From NCBI GenBank assembly GCA_024711205.1, contig JANJTH010000829.1, positions 3,309-67,308 of the forward strand: 64,000 bases of DNA, written 5' to 3'. The position numbers and the translations under genes are program-made. The notes under the pieces are model-generated. The model was not told the DNA's origin and made no database searches. It saw nothing but the letters and a program-made list of their open reading frames with translations. Positions 9,484 to 19,900 of the stretch are shown piece after piece (position 1 is the first letter of the stretch; each line of letters begins with the position of its first letter). Source of the stretch: Planctomycetota bacterium. GTDB lineage: Bacteria > Planctomycetota > J058.

Positions 9484-10814
9484 AGATGAACAGTCAAGTC
9501 CTCACCCTCCTCGTCGCGGCCTCGCTGGCCGCCTGCGCTCCCGAGCCGCGGCCCGCGGACGAGTCGACGTCGACGCCGACGCCGGCCCGGCCGACTCCAA
9601 CGCCGCCGTCCTCGGGAGCACCCGGAAGCTCCGTGGCCGAGCTCGAGAGCATGACGCTCACGCAGGCCCTCGCGTTCCTCGATGCGCACCATCCAGAGCT
9701 CGACGGGTTCCGCCGGCAGGTCGAGGCCGCGTCCGAACGTGCCGAGGCGGCGGGTGCGCTCCCAGCGCCGGTGGCGATCGTGCGCGCCGAGAACGTGCCG
9801 CTCCATCGCGGGCGCTCGCTGGACCAGGGCAACTACATCGCGGGGCTCGCCTTCTCCCTCCCCCTCCAGGGGCGCCTCGGCGCCGCGCGGAGCGTCGAGG
9901 AGCGGGAGGGCGAGCTCGTGTCGCGCACGCTGGAGCAGCGACGGCACGAGCTCCTGCGCGGCGCGCGCGACGCGTTCGTGATGGCCATGGCCGCGACACG
10001 CGCCGCCGCACTCAACGAGGACGCGGCCCTCGCCGTCGAGACCACGGCCGCGCTCCTCGAACGACGTGTCGCCCGCGGCGACCTGACGCCAGACGAGGCG
10101 ACCTGGGCCGCGATCGAGGCCGCGCGCTCTCGCCTGGACGCCGAGCACAGCCGCTCGCAGGCGCGCCGCGCGCTCGCGCGGCTCGCCCAGGCGCTCGGCT
10201 CGGACCGCCCGATCGCCTCGGTCGCGGGCGACCTCGACGAGACCGCCGGCGCGCCCGAGCTTGCCGCGCTCCTCCGCCGCGTCGAGGACGCGCCCGCCGT
10301 GCGCCACGCCGACGCCACCGTCACGCTGCGTGAGGCGGCCCTCGAACTGGCGCGCGCCGAGCGCATCCCCGACGTGCGGCTCGAGCTGGCCTACCGCCGG
10401 CTCGAGCAGACCGACCAGCACGCGGTCGACGCCGGGATCGAGGTGCCGCTGCCGTTCCTCGGCGGCACGAGCGCCCGCGCGCGCGCGGCGCTGTTCGACC
10501 TGGAGGCCGCGCGCGCTCGCGCGACCGCCGCGCGGCTCGAAGCCACGCGCGACGTTCAGGACGCCTACGAGCGGCTCGCCACGGCCGTCCGCATCGCGGA
10601 GAGCCTGCGGGAGCTGCTACCCCGCGTCGAGCAGGCCCTGGCCGCGGTCTCGGCGCGGCTGAACCGCGGCGACATCAGCGCGCTCGAGGCGCTCCCGGCG
10701 CGGCGGCTCGCCGTCTCCATGCGCCTTGAGCACGTCGCGGCGCTGGGCGAAGCCTTGCGAGCCTGGGCCGATCTCGACGCGGCGCTGGGTCGAGGGCTCG
10801 ACCGGATGCCGTAA
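9480..10814 (+). CDS. czcC: Outer-membrane efflux factor (TolC/CzcC family), lipoprotein
   Basis: GTG start overlaps the czcA stop by 4 nt. GGAGG ribosome-binding site 6 nt upstream. 'LVAASLAAC' lipobox. Two-repeat OMF helical architecture. Gene order is czcB-A-C. Confidence 0.85.
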   Translation: MKMNSQVLTLLVAASLAACAPEPRPADESTSTPTPARPTPTPPSSGAPGSSVAELESMTLTQALAFLDAHHPELDGFRRQVEAASERAEAAGALPAPVAIVRAENVPLHRGRSLDQGNYIAGLAFSLPLQGRLGAARSVEEREGELVSRTLEQRRHELLRGARDAFVMAMAATRAAALNEDAALAVETTAALLERRVARGDLTPDEATWAAIEAARSRLDAEHSRSQARRALARLAQALGSDRPIASVAGDLDETAGAPELAALLRRVEDAPAVRHADATVTLREAALELARAERIPDVRLELAYRRLEQTDQHAVDAGIEVPLPFLGGTSARARAALFDLEAARARATAARLEATRDVQDAYERLATAVRIAESLRELLPRVEQALAAVSARLNRGDISALEALPARRLAVSMRLEHVAALGEALRAWADLDAALGRGLDRMP

Positions 10815-10844
10815 GGCCGTGGGCTCCGCCCGCCGGACGCGAGG

Positions 10845-11150
10845 TCACCGCCACCAGCCGTGGTGACGATCGCGGCGGGAGTGGTGATCGTGGCGCTCGT
10901 TCGAGCGCCCATGGTCCCGATGGTCGTCGCGATGGAAGCGCGGGGCCTGGTGATGCCGATCCGGGGTCTGCCACCGGCGGTCCTGGTGCCCGCGGTCGTG
11001 GCGATCGGGCTGGGGGCGCTGAGGCGCGCGGTGATCGCGGTGCTGGGTCTGCGGCCCATGGAACCGGTCCTGAGCCTGGGCGCTGGTCACGCCCGCGCCG
11101 AACAGCAGCGCGAACACTGCGCCGAGGCCGAAGAGTCGGGGGCGAGTCAT
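10845..11150 (-). CDS. Small secreted His/Arg/Asp-rich protein, putative periplasmic metal-binding
   Basis: Signal peptide 'MTRPRLFGLGAVFALLFGAGVTSAQA'. Mature part is 'DRFHGPQTQHRDHRAPQRPQPDRHDRGHQDRR...HHSRRDRHHGWWR'. Confidence 0.45.
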   Translation of the reverse strand: MTRPRLFGLGAVFALLFGAGVTSAQAQDRFHGPQTQHRDHRAPQRPQPDRHDRGHQDRRWQTPDRHHQAPRFHRDDHRDHGRSNERHDHHSRRDRHHGWWR

Positions 11151-11309
11151 TGGCTTCTCCTCTGCGACCGGTCGCTCTCGAGCGAGGTCACGCACTCTTG
11201 GACGAAGGGGCGGACCTGATCTTCAAGGGCCCTTCGTGGCCGTGCGGCCGGAGGCCGCCTTGCAGGCTGCGCCGCGGGGCATGGTCGTCCCATCCAACAT
11301 CACCGAGCG

Positions 11310-12203
11310 TCAGATCTGAGCGGACTGATCGTCGTCCCCTTCGTCCTCATCGAGGTCGCCGAAGTAGTCGCGGACGGTCGCGCTGAGCTCGGGCCACGCG
11401 CGGCAGATGAGCCCGACGACGACGGTCCACACCGTGCACCGGATCCACCTGCGCTTCGCGACCGCCGTCTGGATCCCGAAGATCTTCATCCCGCCAGGCA
11501 CCGTGCCCGGGACCATCCCCCACATGGGGCAGCCGCTCATGCCCTGGAGCGGCGGGATCGGCGCTGAGGAGCCGTCCGGATGCCTGCCCTCCTCGTCGAG
11601 ATGCAGGAGGAAGTCGGCTCCCCGGATGAACGGCCGCTCCCACGCGATGTCGACCTCCTCGGGCGGCGTCCCTTCGTAGGACACGCAGCGGTACACGAGC
11701 GGAGCGAGGTCGGCGCGCTCGCGATTGATGTCCTGGCTGGCGACGGGGAAGCCGCAGAGGATGAACTCGTTCCTGTAGAAGAAGGGCTCGCGGAAGTCGG
11801 CGACGTCGCGCAGCCCGAGGATGACCTGCCGCTTCGGCAGCTGGGCGACCGACTCCTCGCTGAGGCGGAGGACGGCGACGTCCGGCTCCGTGACCGAGGC
11901 GCGGGTGTAGACCGGGCGGAAGCAATGGCCGCCCTCACCGATGAGCACGAGGCACTCGTCCACCGAGTGTCCGAGTCCAGCCACGACGTGCGCCGCCGTG
12001 ACGAGCAGGTGCACCCCATCGATCTTGAAGATCGTGCCCGTGCCCAGCTCCAACGGTGTGTCGCCGGCGAAACGGAACAGCGGCACCGAGCAGGGGACGA
12101 CGTGACGCAGAATCACGCGCTGTTCCAGCGGGTCGCTGAAGTTGAATGGTGGGATCGCGGGCGGCGTGACGCCTGGAGGGCAGGGCTTCAAGTAGTCGCG
12201 CAT
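11310..12203 (-). CDS. Trypsin-like (S1-fold) serine peptidase-like hypothetical protein, in a lower-GC islet
   Basis: 'LLVTAAHVV' looks like a His catalytic motif. 'GMSGCPMWG' resembles GDSGGP. GC content is visibly lower than the surrounding DNA. Confidence 0.5.
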   Translation of the reverse strand: MRDYLKPCPPGVTPPAIPPFNFSDPLEQRVILRHVVPCSVPLFRFAGDTPLELGTGTIFKIDGVHLLVTAAHVVAGLGHSVDECLVLIGEGGHCFRPVYTRASVTEPDVAVLRLSEESVAQLPKRQVILGLRDVADFREPFFYRNEFILCGFPVASQDINRERADLAPLVYRCVSYEGTPPEEVDIAWERPFIRGADFLLHLDEEGRHPDGSSAPIPPLQGMSGCPMWGMVPGTVPGGMKIFGIQTAVAKRRWIRCTVWTVVVGLICRAWPELSATVRDYFGDLDEDEGDDDQSAQI

Positions 12204-12274
12204 GCTCCAGCTCCGAAGAGATGGAGCATGGCAGGCCGGTCCGACATGGCCGGTCAGACGGCGCGTGTCGATCG

Positions 12275-12679
12275 TCAGCGGTGGACGTGGTACTCGCGGA
12301 TGTTCGCCTTCGCGAACGAGTCGATCGCCGCAGCATCGAGCTGACCGAGATCACGCTCGTACTCCGCGTGAGAGCCACCCGCATGGGCCTCGAGGACGAG
12401 GAAGTGCGACGCTCCCCCGTCCGGAAGGTCGCGGCGGACGAGTCGCGTCGTCTGGCGGCCGCGACCACGCCCTTGCTCATCGCCGCGCTCCTCGACAAAC
12501 TTCCGCAGAGCCTCACGCGCGCTCACGACGCTCGCGACACCGACCGGCGCAGAGCCGAGCTCGCGCTCGACGGTCGCTAGAAACTCCTCCTGGAATCGCC
12601 TATCGCGAACCTGGGCGAAGGCGAAGAGCAGGAGCGTGATGATCACGCCGATCCCGACGCAGACCGCACCGACGGTCAT
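12275..12679 (-). CDS. Small membrane-anchored hypothetical protein
   Basis: Start taken at the internal Met 'MTVGAVCVGIGVIITLLLFAFAQ' (a TM helix), followed by a soluble domain. Same strand as the peptidase-like gene, just upstream of it. Confidence 0.35.
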   Translation of the reverse strand: MTVGAVCVGIGVIITLLLFAFAQVRDRRFQEEFLATVERELGSAPVGVASVVSAREALRKFVEERGDEQGRGRGRQTTRLVRRDLPDGGASHFLVLEAHAGGSHAEYERDLGQLDAAAIDSFAKANIREYHVHR

Positions 12680-12985
12680 GAACTGCTCCTTGAACCTGGA
12701 GCGGGGCTGTCGGTTGCGGGGTCCCACTCGATCAGGACGAGAGGGTGAGTGCGCGGTCGCGTCGCATTTGCGTCCTCCGAACGAAGACGGCGATGTTTGA
12801 ACCGGGGTCGATGTGAAGTCAAGGCAGGCCCAACCCAATTCTGGGAATGCGGTTCGAGGCCTCGACCGACCTGGCACAGAGGCGCAACGCTTCCGTCAGG
12901 CAGCAGGCGTAACCGCAGCTCTCACAGGGCAGTGCGCGGGATGGTCTGCTCGGTGCTGTGAAGGGCCCCCAGCGGAGCTAGCACC

Positions 12986-13597
12986 ATGATCCACATCTTC
13001 ATCGGCGCGGGCATCGGAGCGTTCCTTGGCGCGGCGAGCGTCATCATCCTCGCCAAGGCCACCGGCAAGCCGATCAACTGGAAGAGCGTGGCGGCGAACG
13101 CGCTGGGCGGCGCGGTCGGCGGCGCGATCACCGCAGCCACCCTCGGTGCCGGCAGCGTCGCGAGCGTGGGTGTGGCGCGGACCGTCGGCGGCTTCGCGGC
13201 GGGCGGCTTCGGCGGCGGCGTGGCGCTCAAGACCAGCGACAACGCGATGGAGGGACGTCCCCTCACCGAGGACGTCCTCGAGACGGCCGTCGACTGCACG
13301 ATCACGAGCGTGGTGGCTGGCGGTGCGGGTAAGGCCCTCACGCCCCTGGCGCGCGCGGGTGGTGCGCGGATCGCCGCCACGAGCTGGGGCCGCGTCTTCA
13401 ACAAGGTCACGGGCAAGTTCGACGAGGGCGTGATGCTGCTCGCCGACAACGTCGACAACGTGAAGGACGCGACCGAGCTCGCCGAGGCCAAGGAGGAGGA
13501 GGGCGAGGAGCGCGCAGCGTCCCCTGCGCCCACTCTGCAGGTCGAGCAGCGTGCTCCTCAGCGCGGCATGGTCGACCTTCTTCCAGGGACGAAGTAG
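12986..13597 (+). CDS. Gly/Ala-rich hypothetical protein (glycine-zipper-like N-terminal region)
   Basis: 'MIHIFIGAGIGAFLGAASVIILAKA...GGAVGGAITAATLGAGS'. Codon usage fits this strand. Confidence 0.4.
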   Translation: MIHIFIGAGIGAFLGAASVIILAKATGKPINWKSVAANALGGAVGGAITAATLGAGSVASVGVARTVGGFAAGGFGGGVALKTSDNAMEGRPLTEDVLETAVDCTITSVVAGGAGKALTPLARAGGARIAATSWGRVFNKVTGKFDEGVMLLADNVDNVKDATELAEAKEEEGEERAASPAPTLQVEQRAPQRGMVDLLPGTK

Positions 13598-13674
13598 CCG
13601 CGGCCACGGCACCTGTGTCGGGGTCGAATCCTTGCCCCTAGCCAACGCAATCGACAACGGATAGAACACGGCCC

Positions 13675-14076
13675 ATGTCCTGGCGGAAGATCGTCGCGAT
13701 GGTCCTTGCGCTGCTCGTCCTCGTGACGAGCTCGCGGGCGGCGACGGTCTGCGTGGAGTCGGACGGGAACGCCCGGCTCGAGTTCGTCGGCGCAGGTTGC
13801 TGCACCGAGCCGACGACGCCCTCCACGTCCGACTCGACGATCGGTGCAAGCCAGTGCGCTGGCTGCGACGACGCGCCCTTCGGCGTGACTGGTCGCCTGA
13901 CCTCGCGCGACACGGCCTCGGCTGACCTCGCCGCGAAGCTGTTCACCTTCACCTCCGTTCCGACGACGCTACTCGTCGCGGAGGTCGTGTCTCCCTCACT
14001 CGCCTCGGCCGTCGTGCCCGCGATCTGCGGCCCGACGCCGCCTCGCGACTCTCGCCCCGCTCGCCTCCACTGCTAG
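13675..14076 (+). CDS. Small secreted Cys-containing hypothetical protein
   Basis: Signal peptide 'MSWRKIVAMVLALLVLVTSSRA'. Contains 'GAGCC...QCAGCDD'. Confidence 0.3.
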   Translation: MSWRKIVAMVLALLVLVTSSRAATVCVESDGNARLEFVGAGCCTEPTTPSTSDSTIGASQCAGCDDAPFGVTGRLTSRDTASADLAAKLFTFTSVPTTLLVAEVVSPSLASAVVPAICGPTPPRDSRPARLHC

Positions 14077-14172
14077 CAAGCCCTCCGGGCCGACGCGTCG
14101 TCGTCTGCCCGGCGCCGGTGTCCACGGATCGCGGAACTCGTCCGCGGTCCAGGTCCCGCCCGGAGGGCTCTC

Positions 14173-15564
14173 ATGCGGTCGTACGTCTTCATCCGTCATC
14201 GCCCCTTCATCGCCACGCTCCTCGCTTGCGGGCTCGCGTCCGGATGCTCCAGCGCGCCGGACGACGTCCTCGACGCGTCGGAGACGTTGCGCGCGCTCGA
14301 GAGCATCCAGCTCCAGCCAGCGCCAGCCGAGCTCGCGCGCGTCAGCACGACGAGCATCACGTTTGCGCCCGAGGACGGGCTCAACGTGCTCGAGGCGTCG
14401 GCGCTCGCGATCCACCTGCATCCGCGCCTGCGGGCGGTGCGGGCCGAGATCGGCGTGGCGCAAGCCGAGCTCGTCGTCGCGGGCCTCCTGCCCGATCCGA
14501 CGATCGGCTGGGAGTCGGGCAACGTCGTCGCCGACTTCATCACCGACAGGAAGTCGTCGGCGAACAGCTACATCGCCGGCCTCACGCTCTCGTGGGACGT
14601 CCCGCGCCCCGGCGAGATCGGCGCCCGCGAGGCCGCGGCGCAGGGACGGATCGACGAGGCCCGCGCCCTCCTGCTGCAGGCGGAGTGGGAGCTCGTGCGA
14701 GACGTCCGGCTCGCGTGCGTCCGGCTCGCCTCGGCCGAGGCAGGACTCGCCCTCAACGCGGACCAGGCGCGCATCGCGGAGCGAACGCTCTCCTTCTTCG
14801 GGCAGGCCCGTCAGCTCGGTGAGGCGACGGCGATCCAGGCCCGGATCGCCACGGTCGCCGCGGCGCGCATCCAGGCCGACCAGGCCCGGCTCGAGCTCGA
14901 GGCCACCGACGCCCGACTCGCGCTCCTCGCGCTCCTCGGCCTTCCGCCGCGCACGCCGCTCGTCCTTCAGGATGGCTTGGCGCTCCTCGATCCTGCGCCG
15001 ATCCCTGGCGACGCCGACGCGCTCGTCGTGGAGGCCCTCGGCAAGCGCCCCGACCTCGCGGCGCTCGCTGCACAGCACACGCAGGCCGAGGCGCGGCTCC
15101 GGCTCGAGGAGGCCGGTCGATGGCCGCAGCTCTCGATCGGCAGCGGCATCGGGATCGAGCTCCCATTCTTCAGCCGCTTCAACGGGCCCGCGGTCGAGGC
15201 CGCGCTCCGCGGACGGACGGTCGCGCGCCTGCGCTACGAGTCGGCCGTCCACGAGCTCCGCCGCGATGTGCACGCCGCCCACGCCCAGTCGCGCCTCTCC
15301 ACGGCGCTCGTCCGGCGGCTCGAAGAGACGCTCATTCCGGCGGTCGAGGACTCCCTGCAGCTCACGCGGCGCGCCGTCGAGGCGGGGGAGTTCACCGCGT
15401 TCGAGGTTCTGACCGCACAGACCCAGGCCCTGGAGGCGCAGACCGAGCTCCTTGGCGCGCGCACCCGCAGGGCCGAGGCCCAGGTCGCGCTCGAGGCGGC
15501 GACCGGCCGCCTCACCCCCACCCCACAGCCCTTGCCCCGTGACGACGGGGAGGAGTCGCCATGA
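14173..15564 (+). CDS. czcC: Outer-membrane efflux factor (CzcC/TolC family), lipoprotein
   Basis: Lipobox 'LLACGLASGCSS'. OMF repeat architecture. GGAGGG ribosome-binding site. Overlaps the next gene by 4 nt. Gene order here is C-B-A. Confidence 0.85.
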   Translation: MRSYVFIRHRPFIATLLACGLASGCSSAPDDVLDASETLRALESIQLQPAPAELARVSTTSITFAPEDGLNVLEASALAIHLHPRLRAVRAEIGVAQAELVVAGLLPDPTIGWESGNVVADFITDRKSSANSYIAGLTLSWDVPRPGEIGAREAAAQGRIDEARALLLQAEWELVRDVRLACVRLASAEAGLALNADQARIAERTLSFFGQARQLGEATAIQARIATVAAARIQADQARLELEATDARLALLALLGLPPRTPLVLQDGLALLDPAPIPGDADALVVEALGKRPDLAALAAQHTQAEARLRLEEAGRWPQLSIGSGIGIELPFFSRFNGPAVEAALRGRTVARLRYESAVHELRRDVHAAHAQSRLSTALVRRLEETLIPAVEDSLQLTRRAVEAGEFTAFEVLTAQTQALEAQTELLGARTRRAEAQVALEAATGRLTPTPQPLPRDDGEESP

Positions 15565-16949
15565 TCACGCACCAGGTCCGCCTGCCGCTCAGCGCCCTCC
15601 TCGTGCTCCTGCTCGCGGGTTGTCCGGGCAAGAAGCCGGAGGGTGACGGCCACGACCACGCCCAGGGCGAGGAGGGTCACGGTCACGAAGAGGAAGGAGG
15701 CGGCCACGAGCACGGAGAGCACGGCGAGAGCAGCGACACGGTCGAGCTGACCAAGGCGCAGCTCGAGTCGTCCGGCGTGAAGACGGAGACCGCGGCCGTC
15801 GGGTCGGTGGCCACGACGCTCGCGGTGACCGCGGTGATCGCCGCCGACCTCGACGCGCAGGTCCACGCGACGGCGAAGGTGCCGGGCGTCGTGCGCTCGG
15901 TGAAGAAGCAGCTCGGCGACAAGGTCGCCGTCGGCGACGTCCTCTGCGAGATCGAGAGCGTGGAGCTCGGGCAGGCCGCGGCCGAATGGGTGAAGGCCCG
16001 CACGCTGCTCGAGTCCCAGCGGACGCTCCTGACGCAGGAGGAGGCGCTCCTCGGCCGGCGCGTCGAGCTCGCGCAGACCGTGCTCGACCGCGAGGAGCGG
16101 CTCAAGTCTCAGGAGATCGGGACGGTCCGCGCGTTCTATGAGGCCGAGCAGAAGCTGGCCGAGGCCCAGCTCGAGCGTGATCGGCGCCTGCTCGAGGTGC
16201 GCGCCGCGCTCCGGCAGCTCGAGGTCGAGCAGTCTGCAGCCCGCTCGCGCCTCTCGGCCATGGGCATGGCCAAGGACGAGCTCGACCGTCTCGCGTCGGA
16301 CGACCCGGCGGTGAGCCAGGACATCGGCAAGATCTCCGTCCGCGCCGCAGGCAAGGGCATCGTCGCCGCGCGTCACATCACGCTGGGGGAGTACGTCGGT
16401 CCGTCCGACGTCCTGTTCGAGCTTCAGGACCTCTCCCGCGTGTGGGTCGAGGCGCGCGTCTTCGAGAAGGACCTGCGCCTCGTGCGCACGGGACAGAAGG
16501 CCTGCGTGCGGCTCGAGGCGCTCCCCGGCGGGTGCTTCGACGCTCACGTGACGTTGATCGGCGCGACGCTCGACCGCGAGAGCCGCGCCGCCGTCGTGCG
16601 CATCGAGCTGGAGAACGCGAAGAGCGACGTCTGGCCGGAGGCCTTCCCGATCCGCCCCGGCATGTTCGGGACGGTGGAGGTGATCCTCGACGAGCGCATG
16701 GCGCCCGTGGTCCTGCCGGAGGCGGCGGTCGTCCACGAGGGCGCCGAGACGTTCGTCTTCGTGCGCGCGTCGGAGGACGCCGACGGGGTGACCTTCAAGC
16801 GCCACGAGGTCGTGATCCGCGACGCCGGCGCGGGCCGGGTCGAGGTCGTCTCCGGGATCGCTGCCGGCGAGGTCGTCGCGGTGTCCGGCCTGTTCACGCT
16901 CAAGTCGGTGGCTCGCCAGGGCGAGCTCGGCGGCGGCCACTCTCACTAG
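15561..16949 (+). CDS. czcB: HME-RND membrane fusion protein (CzcB family), lipoprotein with His-rich N-terminus
   Basis: 'LLAGCPGKKPEGDGHDHAQGEEGHGHEEEGGGHEHGEHG' at the N-terminus. MFP core. Ends 'GGGHSH'. Confidence 0.9.
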   Translation: MITHQVRLPLSALLVLLLAGCPGKKPEGDGHDHAQGEEGHGHEEEGGGHEHGEHGESSDTVELTKAQLESSGVKTETAAVGSVATTLAVTAVIAADLDAQVHATAKVPGVVRSVKKQLGDKVAVGDVLCEIESVELGQAAAEWVKARTLLESQRTLLTQEEALLGRRVELAQTVLDREERLKSQEIGTVRAFYEAEQKLAEAQLERDRRLLEVRAALRQLEVEQSAARSRLSAMGMAKDELDRLASDDPAVSQDIGKISVRAAGKGIVAARHITLGEYVGPSDVLFELQDLSRVWVEARVFEKDLRLVRTGQKACVRLEALPGGCFDAHVTLIGATLDRESRAAVVRIELENAKSDVWPEAFPIRPGMFGTVEVILDERMAPVVLPEAAVVHEGAETFVFVRASEDADGVTFKRHEVVIRDAGAGRVEVVSGIAAGEVVAVSGLFTLKSVARQGELGGGHSH

Positions 16950-16960
16950 CGGAGGCGCTC

Positions 16961-19900
16961 ATGATCTCGGGCATCGTCGACGCGTCTCTGAACAACCGCC
17001 TGCTGGTCCTCATCGGGTGGCTCCTCGTCGCCGTGGTGGGCTTCGGCTCGCTGCAGTCGCTGCCGATCGACGCCGTGCCGGACGTGACGAACGTCCAGGT
17101 CCAGGTGCTCACGAACAGCCCCGGCCTCGCGCCCGAGGAGGTCGAGCGGTTCATCACCTTCCCCGTCGAGCTCTCCATGTCGGGCCTGCCGGCCCTCGAG
17201 GAGGTCCGCTCGGTCTCCAAGTTCGGCCTGTCGGCCGTGACCGTCGTCTTCGAGGAAGGGACGGACATCTACTGGGCGCGGCAGCTCATCGCCGAACGCC
17301 TGGTCGCCGCGAAGGAGGAGATCCCGGAGGGCTACGGAGAGCCCGAGATGGGGCCGATCTCGTCCGGCCTCGGCGAGGTCTACCAGTTCGAGGTGCGCGG
17401 CGAGGGCAAGACGCCCATGGAGCTGCGCACGATGCTCGAGTGGCAGATCACGCCGCGGCTCCGCAGCGTGCCGGGCGTCGTCGAGGTCAACGCGTTCGGT
17501 GGCGAGCTCAAGTCGTACCAGGTGACGATCGACCCGAACCGCCTGGTCTCGTTCGGCATCCCGCTCTCACGCGTGTTCGAGGCCATCGAGCGCAACAACC
17601 GGAGCGTCGGCGGCGGCTACATCGAGCACGAAGGCGAGCAGTACCTCGTCCGCGGCGAGTGCCTGGTCGAGAGCCTGCCGGACCTGGCCCGGGTGGTCGT
17701 GGGCAAGGACGACGAGGGCACGCCCATCACGATCGAGCGGCTCGGCAAGGTCGAGCTCGCCCCCGTCATCCGGCAGGGCGCGGTGACCCGCGACGGCGAC
17801 CGCGAGGCCGTCGTGGGCATCGTCATGATGCTCATGGGCGCGAACTCGCGCACCGTCTCGCGCGACGTCCACGCCAAGGTCGAGGAGATCCAGCGCACGC
17901 TCCCCGAGGGCGTGAAGATCGACACGTTCTACGACCGCACCGAGCTGGTGGACCGCACGATCCACACCGTCGGCAAGAACCTGCTGGAGGGCGGCGCGCT
18001 CGTCGTCCTCGTGCTCCTGCTCCTCCTCGGCAACATCCGCGGCGGGCTCATCGTCGCGGCTGCGATCCCGCTCTCCATGCTCATCGCCGCCACGGCCATG
18101 CGGCTGGCCGGCCTGTCGGGCAACCTCATGTCCCTCGGCGCCATCGACTTCGGCCTGATCGTCGACGGCTCGGTCGTCATGATCGAGAACGTCGTGCGCT
18201 ACCTCGCGCACCACAAGGACGATCGTCGACCGCACATGGAGAAGGTCCGCGCGGCCTGCCACGAGGTCGCGCGCCCCGTCGTCTTCGCCGTCGGCATCAT
18301 CGCGATCGTCTACCTGCCGATCCTCGCCCTGCGCGGGATCGAAGGGAAGATGTTCAAGCCCATGGCGCTGACCGTCGTGTTCGCGCTCGCGGGCTCGCTC
18401 GTGTGCGCGCTGACGCTCATGCCCGTGCTGGCCTCGTTCGCGCTCAAGCGCGTCGCGGAGCATGAGCCGCTCCTGTTCCGCCTGGCGAAGCGCGCGTACG
18501 TCCCGTTCCTCGAGCGGACGCTTCGCCACCCCCGACTGACCCCGCTCATCGCCGTCCTCGCGTTCATCGCCAGCCTGTGCCTGGCGCCGTTCCTGGGCGC
18601 CGAGTTCATACCGCGGCTCGACGAGGGCGCGATCGCGCTCCAGATCTGGCGCATCCCGAGCATCTCGCTCGAGAAGAGCAACCAGCTCAGCCTCGACGCC
18701 GAGAAGGTCATCAAGTCGTTCCCCGAGGTGAAGACGGTCGTCTCGCGCACCGGTCGACCCGAGATCGCGACCGACCCCATGGGCGTCGAGATCAGCGACA
18801 CGTACCTCATCCTCGAGCCACCCGACACCTGGCGGTTCCACGACAAGAACGCGCTCGTCAAGGAGATCGACACGGCGCTCAAGGCCCGGCTGCCCGGCGT
18901 GATGTTCAGCTACAGCCAGCCGATCGAGCTGCGCGTCTCCGAGCTCATCAGCGGTGTCCGGTCGGACGTCGGGATCAAGGTCTACGGCGACGACATCAAC
19001 GGCATGAAGAAGGTGGCCGACCAGGTGGCCGCCGTCGTCGGCCGCGTGCCCGGCGTGGTCGAGGCCAAGGCCGAACAGACGACGGGCCTGCCCTACCTGC
19101 GCGTGCGCCTCCGGCGCGAGGCGCTGGCGCGGCTGGGGATCGACGCCCAGGACGTCCTCGACGTCGTCGAGACGATCGGCGGCAAGCCCGTGAGCACCGT
19201 GGTCGAGGGTCAGCAACGCTTCGCCCTCCAGGCCCGCTTCGATCCAGCGACCCGGGCGACGCTGCAGGCGCTGGCCAACCTTCCCGTGGCCACTCCCGGC
19301 GGTGGCATGGTCCCCCTGGGTCAACTCGCGGAGCTGGACGTCGAGAACGGACCCGCCCAGATCAGCCGCGAGCGGGTCAGCCGGCGCATCACGATCGAGC
19401 TCAACGTCCGGGGCCGCGATCTGGCCTCGACGGTCGCCGAGGCGCAGGCGGCCGTGCTGCGCGACGTGAAGCTCCCACCCGGCTGGTCGGTCGAGTGGGG
19501 CGGGCAGTTCCAGAACCTGCAGTCGGCCTCGGCGCGCCTGCGCATCCTCGTCCCGCTGGCGCTGCTCCTCATCTTCGTCCTGCTCTACACGACCTTCAAC
19601 TCCATGAAGCTCGCCGCGCTCATCTTCCTCAACGTCCCGCTCGCCGTGACGGGCGGGATCTTCGCGCTCGCGCTCCGCGGCTACCCCTTCTCGATCTCGG
19701 CGGGCGTCGGGTTCATCGCCCTGTTCGGCGTCGCCGTCCTCAACGGAGTCGTGCTCCTCAGCTATGTCGTCCAGCGCTGGGCTGACGGCCTGCGGGGCGA
19801 GGAGGCTGCGCGGGAGGCGGCGCTGGCTCGCTTGCGCCCCGTCCTCATGACGGCGCTCGTCGCATCGCTGGGCTTCGTCCCGATGGCGCTCGCGACCTCG

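Noticed and set aside
15234-16946. 570-aa minus-strand ORF antisense to czcB2
   Set aside because: Composition is dominated by R/A/G/D/L with no motifs. The sense strand encodes an unmistakable MFP.
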